A stretch of 64,000 nt of DNA from Torpedo marmorata (GCA_977017645.1 OZ360233.1:19344001-19408000), one strand, 5' to 3'; positions 36,830-50,218 are shown, counted from the first letter of the stretch. Numbers and translations: made by a program. The notes: generated from the sequence alone by a model not told the origin.

Positions 36830-37106
36830 TGCTATGTACTGTTCAACTATAACTCTCTGGATCTCTGCTTTTTTTAATCGACGGTTTTACCGCCGCAAGT
36901 TCCAACTTTTGGGCGATGGCAACAAACTCGTTCCTGCTTGCCCTCTGCAAACCTGCAGGGGTTGGCGATCCCAAAGACTCGTCATTATCCATTTTTGTTG
37001 TTTTCTCACACACGCAAGCATTTTAATTGGCTTTCAAAAAGGAATTTAACCAATCAAATCGAAGATCAATCGATCAATGAGCTCCAATTTCGGTTAGATC
37101 CCGGAC

Positions 37107-37800
37107 CATTATTGGTACGAAAGCGATCTTAAAGCGGATTCAACAGCATGTCAACTTAGCAAGCAGAGGAGCGAACATCTTGGATCGAGTGTATACCAAC
37201 GTCCCTGCTGCGTGAAAGGCTGCACCTTGCCCCCATCCTGGTTACTCGGTTCACATATATATCCTGCTAACCCCAGCGTACTGACAGCTGGGAAAGCAAA
37301 CAAGGTCATTTCGCAGAGGGATAAGGACGAGGCCGGGGGTGGGGGCACAGCACCGCTGCAAGACTGCTTTGAGACCACGGACTGCAGTTGATTCAGGGTG
37401 GCGGATAACAACAACGGTTATGTAAACATAGAGGTGTTCAGGAGCTCAGTGACCGGCTATATCAGCAAGTGCATTGACGATATCACCGAGATCAAATGCT
37501 ACACAGCCAGGGCTAACCAGCAACCATGGTTGGAAGCAGAGGTCCGGGCCCTACTCAGAGCACGTGATACTTCTTTCAGGACAGGGATAGGATGGCACTA
37601 ATTTCCGCCAGGGCTGGACTCTCCAGTGCAATTCGGAAGGCAAAGCGAGGGTACTCACAAACAAAACAACACAAAGATCTGTGCGACACCGGCGACACGA
37701 AGCACATGTGACAAAGGGTCAAGACTAAAACGGATCACGTCAACCTTATGAGTTAAGGACAATGACGCCTCCCTTCCGGACAGACTGAAAATCTTCTCTG
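37107..37800 (+). mobile_element. Rex1/Babar-like LINE internal fragment
   Basis: LQDCFETTD and SVTGYISKCIDD...NQQPWLEAEVRALLRARD are EN-RT linker motifs. Confidence 0.65.
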
Positions 37801-38984
37801 CACACTGACTTTTACCTGAGGTAGTTGCATCCTGCAGGCAGATGTCTTGGGATCCACATAGGACCCTCCCATAGTCCCATTATTCACCTCTTTATTAACC
37901 ATATGGCCTTTCTGGATCTCCACAAATCAAACGCACCCAATTGACCATTTTAATATTTATCTCTCATGAGGGGGCAGTTCACAATAACGTAATAAATCAC
38001 CAACACATTTCCCTGATGTTAAATGAATCAGGAACATAGGACTAAATCTCACGCAATGTCGCGGAAAAGCTGAAACCTCCGGATAACAGCACCCGAGATC
38101 AAAATGGAAACTGGATTTCTGAGCCATTATTTCAGATACTTATGCATCTCGCTAAAATTCAATCATTCATCACTGCAGGACTATATCTTCCTCGGAGATA
38201 AATGGAAACAAATGGGGGTTTAGGCTACTACATGAGATAACTATAAGTCATGGAAGATATGCAACGGATATATCACTGCAAACCGTCACCAGGAAATACA
38301 AACCTCCTGTAACTGGTGATCGAGCAAGTCAACTCTAACATTCATACAGCCGTAAAAAGTAGCAGGGCAAGAGGACTGTTTCAGAGTACAGGGTTACAAT
38401 GATATAGTTAAATTAATACAAAGCATGGACAGAATAATAGTAACATCGAGTGATTCGTTTTGAAGCCTCATGGATGAAGTGAAGAAATGCGAGTTAAGCC
38501 TAATTTGCACTCGAAACTTTTCCCGATATACGAGACGGAAGAGAGAGTGTCCGACTGGATGGGTCCATCATTGTGTTAGCTGCCTATCCAGGCAGCGGGA
38601 GATGTAGATGCTTCGATGTAGAGACTGGAGGCTTCAGTGCATTTCGCACCTTCTGCAGCTTCTTCGTTCCTGCGTGGAGTAAACCACTTCAGCACGCTGT
38701 TATGCACGCAGTTGGGATGCTTTCGATTTCTTGTTTTACATGAGGGATAACGAACTTTCTTATTCTTCTGTGAAAGTATAGGTGTTAATGGGCTTTCTTG
38801 ACAATCGTAACAACGTGGGCGTGCCAGGTCAGGTCATTCGATAAAATGGAAAGATCTAAGAATGAAAGCATGTAAAGTAGTAATTTATATTAATTTCAGT
38901 CAGTGCTGAATAGGCATCATTATTTCGGTCCATTGAAACATCTCGCTGTAAATTCAAACGCTCATGATGAGAACTAGTTTTTGT

Positions 38985-39660
38985 AAACAATATTCTGGAG
39001 GAAATCAGTACGTTGAGCTGTATCAGTGGGAGAAATTAATTTTGAAGTTTCAAGTCGGAACCGCTAAACAACACTGCAGATGGAAGATGGTATAATTTAG
39101 AATCGGTGAGAGGAGCTTTTCAGGGGAATGTAGAGATTAATGATCCGGGGCAGTGATGAACAATGGACAGAAGCAGTTGATTGGCAGGTGGCAGACAAAG
39201 GGAATCGAGGAAGAGGGAAAAACTGGCCAGGAGGAAGGTGAGTCATGTGGGGAGGAGCGGGTGATTCGTGGAGACAAACGTTGTCGATGCTGGAATTTGA
39301 CGAGGAAAACATGATAAGATGAGCTGTGAGGGAGGAGCTGTGAAGGAAAGACAGGAGGGACATGGGGGTAGTACTAAACCTGGAGAATTATGGGAGGTAG
39401 GGGGTGGAACTTGAGACGATGGGAATATCTGCGGGGGGGGAGAGGGGTCTTGGTGCATGTTGGTGGAGAAGGGTAAAGAACGGAAGTAGCTGGGAAGAAG
39501 AGCGGGGTACTCATTGCCTAAAATTGGAAGATATATTGTTCGTACCATCGGGATCCAGACTGCCCAGACCCGAATTTAAATGGTCTTGCATTTTACGGCA
39601 TGCCTCACTCTGGCAATAGCGAATTTCAAGGATAGAGAGGTCGGTATGGGAATGGCGATC
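38985..39660 (-). mobile_element. Penelope-like element 3' remnant
   Basis: The reverse strand resembles 610-1230 (HSHTDLSIL...LGSLDPDG, pyrimidine tract, terminal motif). Confidence 0.55.
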
Positions 39661-40141
39661 GTTGCGAAATTAACAAAGCTTCAGAAGAGGACGAAGGACG
39701 TAAATTTTATGTTAATATGTGACCACCTCAAGCTGATTTAAACATTGAAATATTGCGCGCAAAAACAGGAGAGCGCTGAGGTTAGGAATCCAAAGACAGA
39801 TATACGTAAGGCAATTTACAGCATGTGAGAATAAACAAGTGCAGGAAAAGCACAGACCGAGTAAAAGAGGAAACTGCAATTTCTCCGTTGCAGTGGCGAG
39901 GAGCGTTTATTTCCCATCCCGGCCTGTGCAAGCCTAACCGTTCCATTTGAAGAACACTGACTATGTCGCACCTGGCGCGCGAAGAGGGTGCGAGGTGTCT
40001 GTAGAGCAGTTCCTATTCGTTGACACTCACACCCCGCCCAATACCGCCACAGCACCAACACCACAAGCAGTCGAAGGCAGATCATATTGAAGTCCGAGAA
40101 AAGTTCGATGAGAAGAAAATTGCCCTAATTTCGTCGGCAAT

Positions 40142-40602
40142 ATGAACATTCTTTTCATTTGGATTGTGTGTGGAACGTCTCTGTCAGGTAAAGACGCAGC
40201 GAACAATTTCATCCAATTACTCGTACGGGGATTCGACATGAATTGCAATCAGCTGCTGTTGGAAACTTTCGATATTTGATTTTTTTCTGATCGCAGTCAT
40301 ATAGATTCTTCCACACATACTGTGTCCTCCGAGGTTAATACAGAAGGCGAGGTGATGACATTAAGCTGCACATATGAAACTACAGAGAGCGACTACTATT
40401 TATTCTGGTATCAGGAAAAAAACAAGAGACAAGACCGGAATTTATACTGCGTATATATTCGGTTGATGATAATGTCATAAAAACACATTTTTGCTCGAAA
40501 TCGCTTCTCTTTCGAGCTCAAGACTACAAGGAAATTCACCGTTTTAATAATCTGGGCGTTGCAACTGAGCGACTCTGCAATATATTATTGCAGTGCCAGA
40601 CG
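40142..40602 (+). pseudogene. TRDV: TCR delta/alpha V pseudogene (V6): leader 40142-40187, V exon about 40297-40602
   Basis: Leader MNILFIWIVCGTSLS-G|gtaaag, acceptor tcgcag. EGEVMTLSCTYETTESDYYLFWYQ, PEFILRI and NRFSFELKTTRKFTVLIIWALQLSDSAIYYCSAR are separated by frameshifts. The delta versus alpha assignment is tentative. Confidence 0.85.
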
Positions 40603-40641
40603 CCCAGTGAGGAAAATCAGATCACCCTTCTTACAAAAACT
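40603..40641 (+). other. 23-RSS of V6 with a mutated heptamer
   Basis: Heptamer CCCAGTG (40603-40609), 23-bp spacer, nonamer ACAAAAACT (40633-40641). Confidence 0.85.
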
Positions 40642-41504
40642 CCAACTTCTCTGCAGGTCTCTATTTACCCACTCGAGGCACATATTTGCTGTTTGCGGTT
40701 ATCCGCCACATTGAGACTCAACCTGAACAACAGCCTTTGGGTAATTTGGGACATGAGTGGGTCTACAACGCCCCCTATTACCGCAGAGCGTAGTACCGCC
40801 ACATAATGTGACGCACCTGCACTTTGTGCAGATCATCCTCTTTGTTGATGAATAAATTTGCTGATTCAAATGTCTGTTGCACTCTGCGTTTATAAGGAGT
40901 TAGATTGTCACAATTTATGCTGTTTTGACTGAAGAAGCTGAGTCACTGGAAACTGAAAAGTGACACGTGCAGAAGTATTCGTTCAACAACCAGGTATTCG
41001 CTTCGAGACTATGGCGGAGGAATCCCAAAATCCACTCTTTGGAACAACAAGTAAATAGATGCGGTTTCAAGCAGACAGCTCCTTAAAAATACAAACACCT
41101 CTATTTTTGACGTTGAAATATAAACTGATTAAATTGTGAGCGCAATGAATCGCTGTTATTTGCTGTAAATTTTAATCTAAACGAAATTCTTTAGATTATC
41201 TAGTTGTTAAGGTGACATTTCAAGATGTATATAGTATTGCAACATAATGGTTAAATTGACATTTGGATTTATTGGATTCATTGACGCAGAGCCGCCTGAA
41301 GTGCATAGTAATGTGCCTGCGAGACTGATTCAAAGTTCGGTGGGTGGGGGCGATTTATGTTTCCTTCTTTTTTGTTCAGCTCACTCTCTAATTACTTAGA
41401 ATTTAGGTGTGAGGATGTTTTGTCAACAGAGATGTAATGTCTTGTCCCCATGGTTTAGTTATAATATGGGGACATTTGTAGTTAGTGTGTGTGTGTGTGT
41501 ATGT

Positions 41505-41553
<49 letters not shown>

Positions 41554-44500
41554 TGTATGTCTGCAGTTTTGCTTGGGTATGTTGGAATATGATGCACCTT
41601 GGCACTCATATTCAATTATGGTGTTACAGATCACAATGTCTAAATGCTTATCTCAATGAATCCCGGCAGTCCTGGAAGGGTGACACCTGTCAGATTTCTT
41701 AGTTTGAATATCAGAGGAATGGAAAGTCCTACCAAAAGATCAAAACATTTCTCTCATCTGAAACGCTTAAACCTGATATAAGATACTTAAAGGATACTCA
41801 CCCTCGCATTAAACATCACTTGAGGATACGAGGTCCATGTGTACGTCAGGTGTTCCATTATAATTTAAATTCTATATCACGGGAGGCGGTAGTTATTTTA
41901 ATAAAAAATATCCAATTTGTACCATCTAATGAGATAGCAGATATAATTGGTAGATACATTATAGTGGCAGGTAGGTAGGATTTCGCAAATAAATGTGTTA
42001 TACATTAATGTTCAGGCAATCAAATTCGATGACGTCTCATTGGCTAATAAACTATTAAGTAATATTCCCTCTTCAAATACCCACACGTTATTTTTTGGAG
42101 GGGATTTAAATTGTGTTATGGCCAGGTCTTCGATCGATCTAATCCCCGCAGTACCTCCCAATCAGCCACGGCAAGCTCTTTTTCTGATTATGTTACATAA
42201 TGGCCTAATTGTCCCTTGGAGACTTCGCAATCCCTCAACTAAAAATAAACATTTTTTTTCCCCAAAGTTCATAATTCTGACTTTCGGATTGATTATTTAT
42301 TTTTGCATCGCTCTTTTAATTCATGTGCAGACTTTCCAGATTATTCCAGTATTTTGATCTGTGATCATGCAACTTTATCTTTACACATTCAACTCTCCAA
42401 TCACTCTACAATCCACCACTCTGGATATTTATTTTTTCCTTCCAGAAGACGAAATACTTTGTGAATTTATAGCAACATCTTTCAACGATTTCCTGTCATA
42501 ACCAAAATGAGTCAAGCTCATATTTCGTACTTCGGGTGTCACTTAAGTGCTATTCGAGGTGTAAAATAATTGCATATTTTACTTCATTAAATATAAAAAA
42601 CGTACTGCTCGGATCAATGAACTCGTATCTGCTATCATATAACCATATAACACTTAGAGCACAGACACAGGTCAGTTCGGCCCTTCTAGTCCATGCCGAA
42701 CAGATTCTCCCACCAAGTCCCACTGACCCGCATCCGGCCCATAACCCTTCACACCTCTCTCGTCCATATACCTATCCAACTTTTCCCTAAACATTAAAAT
42801 TGAACCTGCATCTACCACTTCGGCCGGAAACTCTTTGCACCCTCCCACCACGCTCTGAGTGAAGCAACGCCCCCTCATGTTTCCTCTAAAATTTTCCCCC
42901 TTCAATCTCAATCCATGTCCTCTTGTTTGAATCTTCCCCACTCTCAGTGGAAAAAGCCTGTCCACATTGACTCTATCTGTTCCCTTCATAATTTTAAATA
43001 CCTCTATCAAATCACCCCTCAACATTGTGCGATCCAGGGAATAAAGCCCCACCCTGTTCAACCTTTCCCTGTAACTCAAAACAAGAAACCCAGGCAACAT
43101 TCTTGTAAATCTCCTCTGCACTCTCTCTATTCTGTTTATATTCTTCCTATAATTCGGCGACCAAAATTGCGCACAATATTCCAAATTTGGCCTCACCAAT
43201 GCCTTATACAACTTCAACATGACATCCCAACTCCTATATTCAATACTCTGACTTATGAAGGCCAACATATCAAATGCTTTCTTCACCACCTTATCTACGT
43301 GTGACTCAACCTTCAGGGAATTATGTACCAGAATTCCTAAATCCCTCTGTTCTACTGCACTTCTCAATTGTCTTCCAGTTAACATGTATGACCTTTGCTG
43401 ATTAATCGTACCAAAATGTAGCACCTCACATTTATCAGTATTAAACTCCATCTGCCATGTTTCCGCCCACTCTTCTAACTGTCCTATATCCCCCTGCAAG
43501 CTTTGATATCCCTCTTCACTGTCCATAACACCACCAATCTTCGTATCATCTGCATACTTACTAATCCAATTTACCACCCTATCATCGAGATCATTAATAT
43601 ATATGACAAACAACAATGGGCCCAGTACCGATCCCTGAGGCACTCCACCAGTCACCGGCCCCCAATTTGACAAACAAATTTCCACCACTACTCTCTGGCA
43701 TCTCCTATCCAACCATTGTTGAATCCATTTCACTACATCGTCGTTAATATGTATTGCTTGAACCTTCCTTACTTGCCTCTTATGCGGAACCTTGTCAAAT
43801 GCCTTACTAAAGTCCATATAGACAACATCCACAGCCTTCCCCTCGTCAACCTTCTTAGTAACCTCATCGAAAAACTCTATGAGATTTGTTAAACATGATC
43901 TACCACGAACTAAACCGTGTTGACTACTCCTAATCAATGCTTGTCTTTCCAAATAACTGTATACACCATCTATAAGAACACACTCCATTAATTTACCTAC
44001 CACCGATGTCAGACTCACAGGCCTATAATTTCCAGGTTTACTTTTGGAGCCCTTCTTAAACAGCGGGACAACATGAGCTACCCTCCAATCCTCAGGCACC
44101 TCCCCCGTGCCCAGTGACATTTTAAATATTTCTGTCAGAGCCCCCACTATTTGTACACTCACCTCCCTCAGGGTCCTCGGGAATATCCTGTCAGGACCTG
44201 TAGATTTATCCACATTTGTACTCTTTAACATAGCCAATACTATCTCCACATTAATCTTTATATTATCCATTACCTCACTGCCAGATTTCCTTACTTCACC
44301 TGGCTCAGTATTTCTTTCCTTTGTAAATACTGAAGAAACAATTCATTTAAAATTTTCCCATCTCCCCTGACTTCTCACACAGCCTACCCGTCTGATCGTC
44401 AGTGGGTCAAATTTTATCCCTCACTATTCTTTTGCGTTAAATGTACCTGTTTAAACCCTTTGGATTTATTTTTACCTTGCCTGCCAAAGCAGCCTTGTAT

Positions 44501-46954
44501 CTCCTTTTAGCCTTTCTAATTTCTTTCTTAAGAATTTTTGTTACACCCCTTATATTCCTCAAGGACCTCATCTATTCCCTGCTGTCTATACCTGTTGTAC
44601 ACATCCGTCTTCCTCCGAGCCAAATTCCCAATATCCTTTGAAAACCAAGGCTCCCTATATTTTCTAACTCTTCCTTTTATCCTCACAGGGACGAACCGAC
44701 TCTGTAATCTCAGAATTTTCCCTTTGAATATCCTCCATTTATCTGTGACATCCTTCCCAAAAAATAAATTATCCCAATCCACACCCTCGAAATCCTTCCA
44801 ATTTACCTTATTCCAATCAAGAATCTCAACCTTTGGCCCAGCTCTATCCTTTTCCATTATCAACCTAAAACTAATAGTATTATGATCACTGGACCCAAAG
44901 TGTTCCCCAACACAAACCTCTGTCACCTGACCTATCTCGTTCCCAAATAGGAGATCCAATACTGCCCCCTCTCTAGTCGGTTCTTCTATGTATTGATTTA
45001 GAACACTTTCCTGAACACATTTGACAAACTCCAACCCATCCAGCCCTATTACAGTATGGGCGTCCCAGTCAATGGTGGAAAGTTAAAATCACCTATAATC
45101 ACCACCCTATGTTTATTACACCTATATTCTGTTTCCTTACAATTTTCCTCCTCTAATTCACTCTGCCCATTCGGTGGTCTATAATACACTCCCATTAGTG
45201 TTTTCATGCCTTTCCCATTCCTCAATTCCACCCAAATTGCCTCACTGGACGAGACCTCCAATCTATCCTGCCATAGCACCGCTGTAATGCTTTCTCTAAC
45301 AAGCAATGCGACTCCTCCACCTTTTATCCCCCCTGTTCTATCACGCCTAAAACAACGGAATCCAGGAATATTTAGCGGCCAATCATGCCCCTCCTACAAC
45401 CAAGTTTCGCTGATGGCTACAATATCATACTTCCATGAATCAATCCATACTCTAAGCTCATCCACCTTTCTTACAATGCTCCTTGTATTAAAATATATAC
45501 ACTTGAGAGAATGTCCCCCACATACACTCCTTTTATTACCCTCTCCTTCATTAACTTTAACATTCTGGTTCCTCTTTTCCTTCAAATCTAGGCGTTCTTC
45601 TACCCTACTCTCCGCATTCTCATTCAGATTCCCACCCCCCTGCCAAACTTGTTTAAATCCTCCCCAACAGCTCCAGAAAACCTACCTGCCAGGCTATTGG
45701 ACCCCATCCAATTCAAGTGCGGCCCGTCCCTTTTGTACAGGTCAGACCTTCCGTAGAAGAGATCCTAATGATCCACAAATGTGAACCCCTGCCCCCAGCA
45801 TCAACACTTTAGCCACGCATTCATCCTCCACATCTTCCTATTCCTACCCTCTCTAGCGCGTGGCACAGGCAGCAATCCTGAGATTACCACCCTCGAGGTC
45901 CTGCTTTTTATCATCCTTCCGAACTCCTTATATTCTTTCTTCAGGACCTCATCCTTACTTCTTTCTATGCCATTGGTCCCCACGTGGACCACGACACCAG
46001 GCTGATCGCTCTCCCCCTCCAGAATGCTGTGTACTCGATCAGAGACATCCCTGACCCTGGCACCTGGAAGGCAACACACCAGCAGGGAGCTCCGATCTCG
46101 TCCAGCAAACCTCCTACCTGTTCCTCGAACCAACGAGTCCCCAATTACAAAAACTCTCCTCTTTTCCCCCTTCCCTTCTGAGCCGAGGGGCCAGCCCCCG
46201 TGCCAGAGACCTGACTCACACGACTTGTCCCTGGTAGGTCCCCCCCACAACAGTATCTAAAGCAGGATACTTATTATTGAGGGGAAAGGCCAGAGGGGTT
46301 CCCTGCACTGTCTATCTCCCCCTTCCCTTTCCTCACAGTCACCCAGTTAGCTGTCTCCTGTCTATTTGGGGTGACTGTCTCCCTGAAACTCCTTTTTATG
46401 ACTACCTCTGCCTCCCTCATGATCCTAAGTTCATCCAGCTGCAACTCCAGGTCCCTAACTTGGTCTCTCAGGAGTTGCATCTGGATGCACCTTTTGCAGG
46501 TGTGGTCATCAGGAACATTTGTGATGTCCCTGACCTCCCACATCCTGCATTAGGAATACAACACTAACCCAACTGCCTCCATTACCCATTCTTAACTACA
46601 ACTAGATTAAATAGGAATAAACCTACCAACCTTACCGGTAGCACTACCTCAGCTTCTTCTCTGCGAACCCTCTCGAGACAAAGCCTCAGAGCTCCACTCT
46701 TTCCCTATGCCACTTAATCCCTTGGCCGCTCCTCACTGGCCGCTCCCTCAACTTCCCTTCCTGTCATTGCTAATTTACTCAAATACCCAATTTATTACCA
46801 CTACTGATCACCACTTAACTTAGCCCTTTGCCATCCACGCCCTTTTTAAACGAAATTAACAATTCCAAAATTACTCACCAAGCACCAGTCACCAGTCGCT
46901 CCTTCCATTCCAGCACTCCAACGCAACTGAATAGACCGAGGCCCGAAAAAGCAA

Positions 46955-49425
46955 CTTTTATTTATTTATTTTTTTAAAAAAAATATTTTTATTTAAATTT
47001 TAAAATCACAAAATACATAGATCAAAAATAATATATCATTCCAAATACATGTGATATATTTCTTCCCTCCCTCCCACCCTCCCCTCCCTAACCCCCCCAC
47101 CACTATTCTAAAGAAAAAAATATATATATAAAAACAAAAGAGAAAAAAAAAAAGAATAAAAAGAAAAAAGTTGAATAATAAAGAATTAAAGTGAGGAGAA
47201 AACAAACTACAAACTAATTCTATTTATATATTGGAGGTTAATTTCGCTAGCGGAGCCGACTTCCAGAGAATTAATTCATACCCATAGCTCTCATATATGG
47301 GCTCCAAATTTTCAAAAAGAAATGATATTTATTACGTAGATTGTACGTAATCTTTTCTAATTGTATACATGAACGTAATTCTGCATGCAATCTATCTAAA
47401 TTCAAATCTAAATCTGATTTCCAAGTAATAGCAATACATTTTTTTGAAACTGCTAAAACAATTCCTAAAAATTCTATTTGATACATATTTAATCTATTTC
47501 TAATACTAAATTTTTTAATATCTCCAAATAAAAATAATATAATATAATATAATATAATATTAAAATTTCTATCTAAATTTTTTTTAACTTTAGACCAAAA
47601 GTCCTTGATTTTAGGACATAACCATGTTGAATGAACAAAAGAACCAATTTAATCCTTGCATCTAAAACACATATCTGATAATGCCGGATTGAATTTCTTT
47701 AATTTTTTAGGTGTTAAATATAGTTGATGAAAAAAATTATATTGTACTAATCTATACCTAACATTAATAATTTTAGTCATACTCAATTTACATAAATCTT
47801 TCCAATGTTTTTCATCTATATTAATATTTAAATCTGATTCCCATTTTAATCTTGATTTATGGAATCCTACTTTAGGCATTTTTCTCTGAAGTAATTTATA
47901 CATTTGTGATATAAATTTATTAACATTTCCATTAGTAATTAATAATTCTAATCCATCCTGTCTTGGAGCTATTAATTGATTTCCCAGTTTCTCAACTAAA
48001 AATCCTTTAACCTGATAATAAGCTAAAATTGTATTATCTAATATTCCAAATTTTTCTTTCAATCTAGAAAATGTAACAAATCTTCCAGCCTCAAAACAAT
48101 CTTTAATCTTCTTAATTCCTTTTTGAAACCATATTTTTAAAAATTGATTGTCAATAGAAAATGGTAAAAATAGATTTTGATACAGTGGCATATTTGGAGA
48201 TAATGACCCTTTTCGTCCTATCTCATTATCTAATTGTGTCCAAATTTCCAGCAAATGTTTAATAATCGGTGAATTTTTCTTTTTAACTAATAATAATTTA
48301 GAATTCCACTTATAAATAATATCTTCTTTATATCTCTCCCCTATATTATTCAATTCTATATTAATCCAAGCGGTAGATTTAGTTAAATCAAAAAATTCAT
48401 TAATAAACTTTAATTGAGCTGCCTTATAATAATATTGAAAATTGGGGAGTTGTAATCCACCCATCTCATAATTCCAAGTTAATTTATCCATACTTACTCT
48501 CGCTAACTTTCCCTTCCATAAAAATTTCCTAATAATAATTTTTAAATCTTTAAAAATTTTTGGAGGAATTCCAAAAGGAATAGATTGAAAAAGATATTGA
48601 ATTCTTGGAAAAATATTCATTTTAATACAATTCACTCTTCCCATTAAAGTTATAGGTAAACCTTTCCAATTCTCCAAATCTTTCTTTATTTTGTTAAATA
48701 AAGGTATATAATTTAATTTATATAAATTTTCCAATATTGTATCTACTTTAACTCCCAAATATTTAATTCCTTCTTTAGCCCATTTAAATCTTGTAACTTC
48801 TTTACATTTAGTATAATCTCCTTGAGATAAAGCCATTATCTCACTTTTATCCGAGTTTATTTTATATCCAGATATCTCACCATACTCCATCAGTATTTTA
48901 GTTAATTGTTGAAGTGATACAATTGATTTCGTCATATATATTAATACATCATCTGCAAATAAACTAATTTTATGCTCTTCTGTACCTACTTTAATCCCAT
49001 TTATATTAATATCTTTCCTAATCATTTCAGCCAACGGTTCTATTGCCAATACAAATAGAGCAGGTGATAAAGGACATCCTTGTCTTGTTGACCGCGTCAA
49101 GGGAAATTTAGATTATATCTGACCGTTTGTAATTACTCTAGCTGTAGGTTCTTTATATATTGTTTTAATCCAATTTATAAAAGTATCTCCAAATCCAAAT
49201 TTCTCTAAAACCTTAAATAAAAAATTCCATTCCAGTCTATCAAATGCCTTTTCCGCATCTAATGATATCACCAATGGCAAATCTTGTTTCCTTTATTGCA
49301 AATTGATTAAACTTATTAATCTTGCTATATTATCTTTCGAATATCTATTTTTAATAAATCCTGCTTGATCTGAATGTATTAAAATCGGTAAATACTGAGC
49401 TAATCTATTTGTCAAAATTGTTAAC
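46955..49425 (-). mobile_element. 5'-truncated L1/Tx1-like LINE (RT and C-terminus) inserted in the CR1 monomer array
   Basis: 483-aa ORF at 47649-49100: RQGCPLSP, LFADD, IKYLG, GGLQLP, CFRC; T-rich 3' end at about 46956-46990. Confidence 0.92.
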
Positions 49426-49426
49426 C

Positions 49427-49855
49427 TTTTAAAACTAAATTAACAAATCCAAAATTACTCACCAAGCACCAGTCACCAGTCGCTCCTCCCACCCCAGCAC
49501 TCCAACGCAACTGAATAGACCGAGGCCCGAAAAAGCGCCTTTTTTAAACTAAATTAACAATTCCAAAATTACTCACCAAGCACCAGTCACCAGTCGCTCC
49601 TCTCACTCCAACACTTCAACGCAACTGAATAGACCGAGGCCCGAAAAAGCGCGCTTTTTAAACTAAATTAACAATTCCAAAATTACTCACCAAGCACCCG
49701 TCACCAGTCGCTCCTCCCACTGCAACACTCCAACGCAACTGAATAGACCGAGGCCCGAAAAAGCGTCCTTTTTAAACTAAATTAACAATTCCAAAATCAC
49801 TCACCATGCACCAGTCACCAGTCGCTCCTCCCACTCCAACACTCCAACGAAACTG
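49427..49855 (-). repeat. 114-bp tandem monomers (about 3.7 copies, plus one at about 46843-46953)
   Basis: The ttccaaaat register recurs at 49561, 49675 and 49789 (period 114). Confidence 0.92.
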
Positions 49856-50218
49856 AGAATGGATCAAGGCTCCGCTATTTTTTCATGCCCGCAATTATAC
49901 AAACAACCTCTTGACTTACAAATGGAGTTTTATATTATTTCAACCACACAGGCAGAGCGTTTATTAATGCAAACTCACGTTTCATATTACGAATAGGTGA
50001 TGAAGCGAGTTTCAATTAAAAAGCCAGGCTGCATCACCATATTCGTAATATGAAACGTGAGTTTGCATTAATAAACGCTCTGCCTGTGTGGTTGAAATAA
50101 TATCAAACTCCACTTGTAAGTCAAGACGTTGTTTGTATAATTGCGGGCATGAAAAAATAGCGGAGCCTTGATCCATTCTCAGTTTCGTTGGAGTGTTCGA
50201 GTGGGAGGAGCGACCGGT
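49817..50218. repeat. Long inverted repeat: arms 49817-50006 and 50028-50218, 21-bp spacer
   Basis: The right arm is the reverse complement of the left with few mismatches (e.g. gagaatggatcaaggctccgct / agcggagccttgatccattctc). Confidence 0.95.

Larger units (their letters stand above)
29601..37106 (-). mobile_element. Gmr1-like Ty3/Gypsy retrotransposon remnant (gag-IN-RT-RH order), 3' LTR about 29601-30239, 5' LTR missing, with nested insertions
   Basis: Minus-strand order is gag (KGKAQKVYSAL...YELVPEAYRQ, CHYCKK), IN (SAYHPESQGALERFH, 32546-32863), RT (FCTDYRKVN, PFGM, YIDD, 31414-31830), then RNase H (AVDAC, YSTIEK). LTR tgttac...gtcaca is followed by a PPT-like ccacctc. A partial tRNA-Pro-type PBS (atcccggac) lies at 37098-37106. 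Confidence 0.85.
42634..49855 (-). mobile_element. Near full-length CR1 LINE (5' monomer array, ORF1 zinc-finger/leucine-zipper plus esterase, ORF2 EN-RT), interrupted at 46955-49425
   Basis: ORF1 HTCKRCIQMQLLRDQVRDLELQL and VIGDSLVRG; EN YFNTRSI, SETWL, GDFN, SDH; 532-aa RT ORF at 42672-44270 with YADD; (catataac)n tail at about 42635-42650. Confidence 0.93.

Noticed and set aside
2267-40641. NAR-TCR supporting V-delta or IgH-like (TAILV) segments
   Set aside because: Every V has its own leader or leader remnant and TCR-type frameworks. No leaderless V with an extra CDR1 Cys, NAR V-D-J cluster or IgH WVRQ motif was seen.
49427-49855. CRISPR-like repeat array
   Set aside because: Units are head-to-tail with no unique spacers, there are no cas genes, and the context is eukaryotic.
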